Shown here in pieces: positions 57,219-64,000 of a stretch of DNA of 64,000 nucleotides. Each line of letters opens with the position of its first letter. The stretch's first letter is position 1. The notes below the pieces were generated by a model. The model worked only from the letters and a program-made list of their open reading frames with translations, was not told the origin of the DNA and made no database searches. The position numbers and the translations under genes are program-made. Source of the DNA: Candidatus Saccharimonadia bacterium (GTDB lineage Bacteria; Patescibacteriota; Saccharimonadia; UBA4664; JBBRNT01); NCBI GenBank assembly GCA_038230095.1, contig JBBRNT010000001.1:48848-112847 (forward strand). Direction: 5' to 3'.

Positions 57219-57290
57219 GCGGCGTCCAGCCTGAAGCCGTCCGAGAGTGACCACGCGTTACAGTCGGACGGCTATTTGTTTTACCAGGCC

Positions 57291-58040
57291 TTAGCGCAGG
57301 GCGTAGACGATAGCGACGGAGGCGCTAATGTCGTTCTGGCCAGTGTAGATAACGGGGGCAGGAGCCGTGACAGGGCCGCCGCCATTGGCGTCTTGCGCAA
57401 CGGCCTTGCCGCTGGCTAGAGGCATAATCTCGCCATAGCCATTATTAGTATCCACGCTCTGGGCTTTGCCGACGTGCACGCCTAGCTCGGTAGCAATCTG
57501 CGTGGCTTTGGCCTTGGCGTCATCAATTGCCTTGGTGCGTGCCTCTGCCTCTAGAGCCTTGCGTCGTGTCTCGCTGAAACTAGCCTGCGGGCTGGCGCTA
57601 CCGGTGAGGTCGGTGGTGAGCAGGTAGGTCTGGACTTTCTCGGCCAGGTCCTTATTGTCTACAGTCACGGTGAGGCTGGTGGTAGCAGTTTTACTACCAG
57701 CATTCCACTTCCAATAGGGGTAGTAGTTACCGGTAGCCGATGAGGCGGTGGCAATGTCTTTGTCGGGCACGCCCAGAGCCTTGAGCGCGACCGTGATGGT
57801 GGTCGTCTGGTTGGTGGCGCTTGCGAGAGCTTCTTTCTCGGTGGCACCCTTGGCCTCGTAGGTCGGCGAAAAGACATACTGGTCTGGCAGGGCCTTAATA
57901 CTAGCGGTGCCAGATACACTAATGGTCTTGGCGCTAGCGGCTGCCGACCAAGGCTGCCAGAAGCCAAGCATTACTAATATGACAACGGTAAGCATGGCAC
58001 TGACGATCCGAAAGTCGAGTTTGATAGTAAAGCTTTGCAT
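57291..58040 (-). CDS. SIMPL-domain (DUF541) periplasmic/secreted protein
   Basis: The C-terminus GGGPVTAPAPVIYTGQNDISASVAIVYAL is the SIMPL signature. The start is at MQSFTIK. Confidence 0.7.
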   Translation of the reverse strand: MQSFTIKLDFRIVSAMLTVVILVMLGFWQPWSAAASAKTISVSGTASIKALPDQYVFSPTYEAKGATEKEALASATNQTTTITVALKALGVPDKDIATASSATGNYYPYWKWNAGSKTATTSLTVTVDNKDLAEKVQTYLLTTDLTGSASPQASFSETRRKALEAEARTKAIDDAKAKATQIATELGVHVGKAQSVDTNNGYGEIMPLASGKAVAQDANGGGPVTAPAPVIYTGQNDISASVAIVYALR

Positions 58041-58077
58041 AAGAGTATTGTAGGGCCTGTATATCTGATAGTACAAA

Positions 58078-58116
58078 CAAAACCCCGCCGCCCAGATGGG
58101 CGGCGGGGCAGCGGAA
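58078..58116 (-). terminator. terminator hairpin ccccgccgccca-ga-tgggcggcgggg downstream of purB; identical copy at 59501..59540
   Basis: A 12-bp perfect palindrome lies within a ~40-bp repeat that occurs twice, identically. Confidence 0.7.
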
Positions 58117-59415
58117 CTACCGTGGCAGGGACTCGATGATGAGGTGCGTGTTGCGCAGCATGTGTGCCTCACTGAAAATACGCTGGAGCTGCTCTATACC
58201 AGTATGGGCTTCATCGCTGAGTACAAGTAGGTCACTGAGTGGCCGGTTTTCTTCAATTGCGCGGGAGGCCAATCGCTGAATGCACCGGTAGGCATCATCA
58301 CGCTGCCAGCCGTCATCGATGAGTGCCGTGAGGGCGGTCTGGGTATACATGAGGCCGAGGCCACGCTCAATGTTGAGCCGCATCCGGCTGGAGTTCACCA
58401 CCAACAGGTCGAACACACTGGTGGCTGTGACTGTCATGTAGTGGGTCAGGGTGAGAGCGTCGGGGAGGTAGATGCGCTCAGGCGCGCTGTGTGAAATGTC
58501 GCGCTCGAAAAGCAACTCAACGTCCTGAGATGCCATCTGGTAGTAACCACGCAAGGTACGGGCCAGGCCATCGAGCTGCTCGCCCTTGATTGGGTTGCGC
58601 TTGTGTGGCATGGCGGAACTACCCTTCTGTCCCGGACGCCGACCCTCTTCCACCTCACCAATCTCCGTTATGGCCATGAGCCGGAGGTTGAAGTAAATGT
58701 GGCCAATGGCGTTGCCCAACTTACTGCAGGCATGCAGTAAGTCCAGGTGTAGATCACGTGGAATGACTTGGGTAGCGACAACGGGTGTCAGCGCCAGGTT
58801 CTCGCAAGTAAGCCGCTCGACTTCAGGGTCAATGTTGCTGTAGGTGCCACAGGCTCCGCTGAGCTTGCCGACCTGTATGGCTTGATTGGCCAGACGTAGC
58901 GTCGCTAGGGCCCGATCGACCATGTGAGCCCAGTTGGCTATGCGTACTCCGAAGGTGATGATCTCGGCGTGCTGTCCGTGGGTGCGGCCTGCACAGGGCG
59001 TGGTAGCAAACTCACGTGCCCGGCGGCACAGGCTGGTGAGCAGTACGTCGCCGGCGGCGATGAGTGTGTCGCTGGCCCAGGTGAGCTGGCGACACAAGGC
59101 GGTATCGGTAACGTCAGACGATGTCAGACCGTAATGGAACCAGCGTGCTTCATCGCCGCCAATGGCTTCGGCTAGCACATCCACGAAGGCGGCTACGTCG
59201 TGGTCTGTCACTGCTTCGCGTTCTGCAATCTGGGCAATGATGGCCTCGGTAATACGAGGAGCGTGCTGCAGTATGGCAATGGCGTCCGCTTCAGGAATTT
59301 GGCCAAGGTCCGAACGGGCACGAATGGCGGCCAGCTCAACGTCGAGCACCGCGTCCCACTTGGCTACGTCGGTGAAGTGTCGTGTCATTTCGGGCTTGCT
59401 GTATCTGGGGTGCAT
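58117..59415 (-). CDS. purB: adenylosuccinate lyase
   Basis: The fumarate-lyase signature is GSSAMPHKRNP. The length is 432 aa. Confidence 0.9.
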   Translation of the reverse strand: MHPRYSKPEMTRHFTDVAKWDAVLDVELAAIRARSDLGQIPEADAIAILQHAPRITEAIIAQIAEREAVTDHDVAAFVDVLAEAIGGDEARWFHYGLTSSDVTDTALCRQLTWASDTLIAAGDVLLTSLCRRAREFATTPCAGRTHGQHAEIITFGVRIANWAHMVDRALATLRLANQAIQVGKLSGACGTYSNIDPEVERLTCENLALTPVVATQVIPRDLHLDLLHACSKLGNAIGHIYFNLRLMAITEIGEVEEGRRPGQKGSSAMPHKRNPIKGEQLDGLARTLRGYYQMASQDVELLFERDISHSAPERIYLPDALTLTHYMTVTATSVFDLLVVNSSRMRLNIERGLGLMYTQTALTALIDDGWQRDDAYRCIQRLASRAIEENRPLSDLLVLSDEAHTGIEQLQRIFSEAHMLRNTHLIIESLPR

Positions 59416-59500
59416 GGCGGCTCCATCTCGATTTCAAGGGTGCGGATCTATTCCGCTGCGGCAGATTATACCCTGGAGATGCCTAGCTTGAAACCATAAG

Positions 59501-59540
59501 AGAAACCCCGCCGCCCAGATGGGCGGCGGGGCAGCGGAAC
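59501..59540 (-). terminator. second identical copy of the 58078 hairpin, downstream of membrane-protein gene 59541..60281
   Basis: The 40-bp sequence aaaccccgccgcccagatgggcggcggggcagcggaact is identical. Confidence 0.7.
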
Positions 59541-60281
59541 TTAGGGGAACAGGTGGAGGTAGACAAGCCCCCAGCCGGCAGCGGTGATGACCACGAGTGC
59601 AGTACAGTGCTCAATGAGCCCACCTGGATAGTGCAGGGGCCACTCGTAGGTGACGCCGCTTTCGTGTCGCCGGCGCTTGAAGTAGGCCAGCCAGACCTCT
59701 CCGGCAAAACCGATGGCCACAAGGGCAACGCAGGCAAAGAATATAGAGGGTGTGCTCAGGCTGAGAAAATCTGCTTGGACGGCATAGGCCGCAATGACGA
59801 AGGCCACAATTGCCTTCGAGAGCCCTATAGATGCTACAAAGAGGCCTGAACTCCTAGGGATAGCTCGGGTATACAGCAGCAGCTCGATGACCCAATACGC
59901 TACCATATTGGGTAGCACAGTTAGGATGATTAGTAGGCTCATAGTACCGAGCCCGTGGGCATGTCCCAGATAGGGCAGGCTGGCCAGAATGCTAACGACT
60001 GCACAGAGGCAGAGTAGGTCTATGACGTCTGACGATGTGCGGCGCGGACTGCTATCGTGCTCGTTGTAGCGCTCTTGGTGGATAAGCTCGGCCAGGCTAC
60101 CCGCCAGCGGTACGCCGAGGAGGCCCAGGGCCAGCATTGCTGCGGGCCAGTCCAGCCAGGTGACCGAGACAACTGCTCCCGCGGTAATGGGTGTCATGAT
60201 CAGCCAGTACCAGGCATAATGCCAGATAGGCAGCGTACTGGGATGGGGATAGTGCTTCTTGGGGGTTCGTGTGGGTGGCAC
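59541..60281 (-). CDS. hypothetical polytopic membrane protein (7-8 TM)
   Basis: The protein is hydrophobic throughout. Confidence 0.5.
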   Translation of the reverse strand: MPPTRTPKKHYPHPSTLPIWHYAWYWLIMTPITAGAVVSVTWLDWPAAMLALGLLGVPLAGSLAELIHQERYNEHDSSPRRTSSDVIDLLCLCAVVSILASLPYLGHAHGLGTMSLLIILTVLPNMVAYWVIELLLYTRAIPRSSGLFVASIGLSKAIVAFVIAAYAVQADFLSLSTPSIFFACVALVAIGFAGEVWLAYFKRRRHESGVTYEWPLHYPGGLIEHCTALVVITAAGWGLVYLHLFP

Positions 60282-60383
60282 ACTAACCTCCTTTCAACAT
60301 GTCGATGAGCTGGCGTCATAATGCGCTTTGTAAAACCCTGAGTCAATTTCTCAAAGCTTATACTCGTAATCCTAGGTAGGTAA

Positions 60384-60959
60384 TTGTATGATGGCGCCAT
60401 GGATAGAACCTGGAAACGTCTTAGTCGTGAATTAGTCGTTGATACGCCTTACTACCGGGTAGCTCTAGACATAGTAGTGCGTCCCGACGGCATAGAGGAC
60501 ACCTATATGGTGGCCATGCCTCACGATGCTGTCTACATTGTAGCGATCACCACGGCTGGTTTGGTTGTCCTAGTGCGCCAGTACCGCTATACCCTAGATG
60601 CCGAAACACTGGAGATACCTGCAGGGATGGTGAAAAAGGGTGTGGATCCGCTTGAGCAGGCGCAAAGCGAGCTAGAGGAGGAGGTGGGGTGCCGGGCAAA
60701 TCGAGTAGAGCTGCTGCACACCTTGAAGACCAGCCCAGGCCGCCAGAACCAGAGCTACTCCATCGTGCTGGCCACGGGCCTTGCCGATGATTCGTTGAGC
60801 CACGCACACCAGGAAGGTGATGAATCCATATCGGAAATCCTGGCATTACCGTGGGCCAGTGTCATGAGCATGATTGACTCCGGCGAGCTGTGCGATACGG
60901 CTAGTATTGCAGCCCTATTCCTATACGCTCGGAGGGCTGGCTTGTCCACGGCTCGCTGA
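60384..60959 (+). CDS. NUDIX hydrolase
   Basis: The Nudix box is GMVKKGVDPLEQAQSELEEEVG. Confidence 0.8.
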   Translation: MYDGAMDRTWKRLSRELVVDTPYYRVALDIVVRPDGIEDTYMVAMPHDAVYIVAITTAGLVVLVRQYRYTLDAETLEIPAGMVKKGVDPLEQAQSELEEEVGCRANRVELLHTLKTSPGRQNQSYSIVLATGLADDSLSHAHQEGDESISEILALPWASVMSMIDSGELCDTASIAALFLYARRAGLSTAR

Positions 60960-61017
60960 GCCGTCCGTTCCTAGGCGCCGGTATCTGCCGGCGCCTTTTT
61001 CTATTACGATAATAGCC

Positions 61018-61821
61018 ATGAGTATGGAAGCTTTTCGAGAGCTAGTCTGGGAGTACTACCACGACCATGGGCGGGGTGAGCTGCCGTGGAGAACTGATGT
61101 GTCTCCCTATGCGATTTTGGTTTCGGAGGTAATGCTGCAGCAGACGCAGGTGAGTCGAGTGATTGAGAAATTCAATGCTTGGATGGTCACATTTCCGGGT
61201 TGGCAGGCGTTGGCGGAAGCATCGCCCAGTACCGTCTTGCAGGCCTGGCAAGGACTGGGCTATAACCGGCGCGGGCTGTACTTGAAACGGACTGCCGAGA
61301 TGGTGATAACGACATATGACGGGCAATTGCCGCCAGACCAGAAGCTTTTAATGTCACTGCCTGGGATTGGTGCCAATACTGCAGGGGCAATTATGGCTTA
61401 TGCATTTAACCTGCCAGCAGTATTTATAGAAACGAATATTCGCCGGGTGTTTCTCCACCACTTTTTTCCGGAGGTAGATGACGTGTCCGACGCGCAGCTA
61501 CTGCCGCTGATAAAACAGGCAATTGATGCTGAGAGTCCGCGGGAGTGGTACTGGGCGCTGATGGACTATGGCTCGTTTTTGGCTAGGCAAGGGGATAACC
61601 CTAACCGGCGGAGTAAACACTACGCCAAACAGTCAAAGTTTGCGGGCTCGACGCGGCAGATCCGGGGCGAGGTACTGCGGCAGCTCTTGGACGGCTCGAA
61701 AAAAGTCACGGAATTATCAAAAGCCATCGCTGATGAGCGATTGCACATGGTGCTAGCTGGCCTGCTTAAGGATGGGGTAATTGAACTAGCACTTGAGCAA
61801 TATCAGATTCGCTCCAAGTAG
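61018..61821 (+). CDS. HhH-GPD family DNA glycosylase (MutY/Nth-like N-terminal domain, no Fe-S cysteines)
   Basis: The N-terminal pattern is PW....PYAILVSEVMLQQTQVSRV...GLGYNRRGLYL. No Cys4 cluster is present. The start is at MSMEAF. Confidence 0.65.
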   Translation: MSMEAFRELVWEYYHDHGRGELPWRTDVSPYAILVSEVMLQQTQVSRVIEKFNAWMVTFPGWQALAEASPSTVLQAWQGLGYNRRGLYLKRTAEMVITTYDGQLPPDQKLLMSLPGIGANTAGAIMAYAFNLPAVFIETNIRRVFLHHFFPEVDDVSDAQLLPLIKQAIDAESPREWYWALMDYGSFLARQGDNPNRRSKHYAKQSKFAGSTRQIRGEVLRQLLDGSKKVTELSKAIADERLHMVLAGLLKDGVIELALEQYQIRSK

Positions 61822-61835
61822 GCTAAACTAGAAGC

Positions 61836-62441
61836 ATGATAGTTGTAGATGTTGAAACTAGTGGCCTCGATCCGAACGCACACTCCATTCTCAGCATTGG
61901 GGCGGTGGAGTTCGGGAAGCCGAATAACCAGTTCTATGTAGAGTGCCAGGTAGACCCGGACGCTCAGGTATCGCTTGAGGCACTGGCGATTAATGGCTTT
62001 ACCGAAGAGCAGATTGTGGACCCCAAAAAGCCCACGCTGCAGCAGGCCGTGGGGCAGTGGCTGGACTGGACGACCGAGATTGCAGACCGAACGCTGGCTG
62101 GCCACAATACCTGGTTTGATTACGGTATGCTCGAGGCTGCCTGCCGCAAATACGACTTGGGGTGGCCTTTTGGCAAGCGCTTGGTAGACTTGCACGTACT
62201 TGCCTACTGCCACTACTTGAGCCGCGGCGAGCAGCCGCCACTATACGGCGGAGCCTCAGGCGTGAACACCGATACTATCCATACCTACGTAGGGCTGGAG
62301 GCTGAGCCAAAACCACATAATGGTCTGGTAGGTGCCAAGATGGAGGCCGAGGCACTAAGCCGGTTTATTTATGGCAAAAACCTGCTGAATGACTATGCCC
62401 GGTTCCCCGTGCCAGACTATTTACTTCGAGAAAGAGGCTAA
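61836..62441 (+). CDS. DEDD-family 3'-5' exonuclease (DnaQ-like)
   Basis: The Exo I motif is VVDVETSGLDP. The Exo II motif is AGHNTWFDYGML. Confidence 0.75.
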   Translation: MIVVDVETSGLDPNAHSILSIGAVEFGKPNNQFYVECQVDPDAQVSLEALAINGFTEEQIVDPKKPTLQQAVGQWLDWTTEIADRTLAGHNTWFDYGMLEAACRKYDLGWPFGKRLVDLHVLAYCHYLSRGEQPPLYGGASGVNTDTIHTYVGLEAEPKPHNGLVGAKMEAEALSRFIYGKNLLNDYARFPVPDYLLRERG

Positions 62442-62442
62442 T

Positions 62443-63231
62443 ATGGCAAGCTTAGAAAAGAAATTTGTGGTAGTTACTGGCGGAACAAGTGGCATTGGCT
62501 TGCAGCTGGCTCGGTTGGCGGCCAAGGATGGGCACGATCTGCTAATTGTGGCGCATGATCCTAGCAAGCTCGGTTATGTGGCCAAGCAGCTGAGCGACCA
62601 CTTCAAAGTAAACGTTGACTCACTGGAGCAGGACCTATCAAAGCACGGTGCTGCTAAGGCAATTATTGATTATGTAGGCGAGCGCCAGGTAGACGTGCTC
62701 ATTAACAACGCCGGCTTTGGTGACTTTAGCGAGTACGCGCTGGCCGATATGGACCGGCTTATCGACATGATGCACGTGAATATGGTGGTAGTAGCAGAGC
62801 TCATGCACTGGGTACTGCCCCAGATGATTAAACGCCGCGCTGGTAATGTGATGAACCTAGCGTCTACCGCGGCATTTCTGCCCGGCCCACTAATGGCGGT
62901 GTACTATGCTACCAAAGCATTTGTACTGAGCCTAAGCGAGGCGGTAGACGAGGAACTGTCTGGTACTGGTGTGCATGTGACAGCAGTGTGCCCTGGCCCG
63001 ACCAAGACCGGGTTCGAGAAGGCGGCCAAGGTGGAAGAGTCCAGACTGTTCCAAGCTCGTGGCCTCATGAGCGCAGAGGCAGTGGCCGAGGCGGCTTGGC
63101 GAGGTATGCAAGCAGGCAAGCGGCTGGTCATACCCGGTGTACGCAATGTGCTGACATTATGGGCGGTGCGGCTCATGCCACGGCGCTTGGCTACCTCTAT
63201 TGCCTACCACGCGCAGAAACGGGTACCGTAG
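62443..63231 (+). CDS. SDR-family short-chain dehydrogenase/reductase
   Basis: The NAD(P)-binding motif is TGGTSGIG, followed by NNAG and YYATKAF (the YxxxK motif). Confidence 0.85.
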   Translation: MASLEKKFVVVTGGTSGIGLQLARLAAKDGHDLLIVAHDPSKLGYVAKQLSDHFKVNVDSLEQDLSKHGAAKAIIDYVGERQVDVLINNAGFGDFSEYALADMDRLIDMMHVNMVVVAELMHWVLPQMIKRRAGNVMNLASTAAFLPGPLMAVYYATKAFVLSLSEAVDEELSGTGVHVTAVCPGPTKTGFEKAAKVEESRLFQARGLMSAEAVAEAAWRGMQAGKRLVIPGVRNVLTLWAVRLMPRRLATSIAYHAQKRVP

Positions 63232-63647
63232 TGGCGGATGCACCCGGCTACTCTGGTAAGTCCCTGACTGACAAGCTGGGGCTCAAGCGCGATACAAACC
63301 TGGCACTTATCCACGTCCCGGATGACTACGATGACCTAATTGGAGGCTGGCCGCTGGGCTCTTCTATTAGCTGGGACCTGGCCGAGCCTAGCTACGAATT
63401 CATCCACTACTTTGTGGCCAAGCGGATACTACTGGAGGCCGAGATTGAAGGCCTTATCGGCCACATGGAGCGGGAGAGCGTACTCTGGGTGAGTTGGCCA
63501 AAGCAAGCTAGCGGTATGGTAACGGATGTAACGGAACAGACCCTCCGCGACGTGATCTTGCCGATGGGGCTAGTAGACGTAAAGGTGGTGGCGGTGGACG
63601 ATACCTGGAGCGGACTTAAATTTGTTTGGCGGAAGGAGCTACGCTAG
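63231..63647 (+). CDS. DUF3052-like hypothetical protein
   Basis: The GTG start overlaps the SDR stop (taGTG). The C-terminus is LWVSWPKQASGMVTDVTEQTLRDVILPMGLVDVKVVAVDDTWSGLKFVWRKELR. Confidence 0.45.
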   Translation: MADAPGYSGKSLTDKLGLKRDTNLALIHVPDDYDDLIGGWPLGSSISWDLAEPSYEFIHYFVAKRILLEAEIEGLIGHMERESVLWVSWPKQASGMVTDVTEQTLRDVILPMGLVDVKVVAVDDTWSGLKFVWRKELR

Positions 63648-64000
63648 TGGGGGAGCAACCAGGGTATAACCCTAGCGAGGATATGGAGTACCCGGCGATA
63701 ACGGCTAATATTGAGATAAATACCGCCCATCCGGGCGGCCACCAAGGCAGCTTTGAGCAGGACGGTGTACGCTACTACACTCATGATCTGCTTATTCGCG
63801 ATTTATATGAGATAGACCCTGGTCTACGCGAGCCCCTGCCTGGGGAGTTGGAAAAGGACCATCTTCAGCGTATAGCCGAGCAGGAGGCCCACAACATTAT
63901 GGAAGTGGCCCACTACGGTGTACCCGTACCACCGACTTTTGGTTCTGTAGGCCTGGATCCTGAAGCAGTTGAGCCAACTATTATACTCGCGACAAGAGAA
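63648..64000 (+). CDS. hypothetical protein, 3'-partial (runs off window end)
   Basis: A GTG follows the previous stop directly. The frame is open to nt 64000. Confidence 0.35.

Overview
This is a gene-dense 64 kb bacterial chromosomal segment with coding on both strands. GC content looks roughly 55-60% by eye; I did not compute it. I called about 72 protein-coding genes and 5 tRNAs, and found no rRNA and no CRISPR array.

Gene content suggests a Gram-positive-type organism with a reduced genome, possibly related to Saccharibacteria or other Patescibacteria. That is an inference from the following: tandem FemAB peptidoglycan-bridge genes, a canonical CIRCE operator upstream of groES-groEL, a tandem array of small VirB2/TrbC-like pilin genes, Hsp20, a MacB-type ABC pair, MscL, and no LPS genes.

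Confident housekeeping calls are valS, tsaD, groES/groEL, a greA-like factor, purB, two tandem cmk paralogs, pgeF (yfiH), mscL, a comF-like gene, a MurE-type Mur ligase, a phosphohexomutase, an SIS-type PGI/PMI and a DnaQ-like exonuclease. Other called families are NUDIX, HhH-GPD glycosylase, SDR, a TylM1-like aminosugar N,N-dimethyltransferase, GNAT, a TMEM175-family K+ channel, a SIMPL protein, and a flotillin plus NfeD pair followed by a RavA/ViaA-like AAA+ plus VWA pair.

All four serine tRNA isoacceptors (UGA, GCU, CGA, GGA) and one tRNA-Arg lie in the window.

The accessory-looking or unexplained parts are these:
- Six tandem pilin paralogs lie at 2-3030, with a 244-bp near-identical duplication covering the last two.
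- A ~740-bp non-coding, hairpin-rich gap lies between the pilin array and hsp20.
- A homologous ~100-120-bp element bounded by a direct repeat of the tRNA 3' end sits at both tRNA-Arg (6.2 kb) and tRNA-Ser(GGA) (47.7 kb). It looks like the scar or mini-element of a tRNA-targeting integrative element.
- A hypothetical-gene island lies at 13.3-18.5 kb with paralogous ATGA-coupled two-gene cassettes.
- Two coupled stand-alone OmpR-C-terminal-like winged-helix proteins with Cys tails lie at 20.6-21.5 kb.
- A GC-rich ~700-bp non-coding block lies at 36.4-37.1 kb.
- A frameshifted gene lies at 46.76-47.33 kb.

Coordinates I derived by hand-counting should be treated as +/-1-2 nt. Around 42.54-42.64 kb my count disagreed with the ORF track by 1 nt, so I followed the track there.
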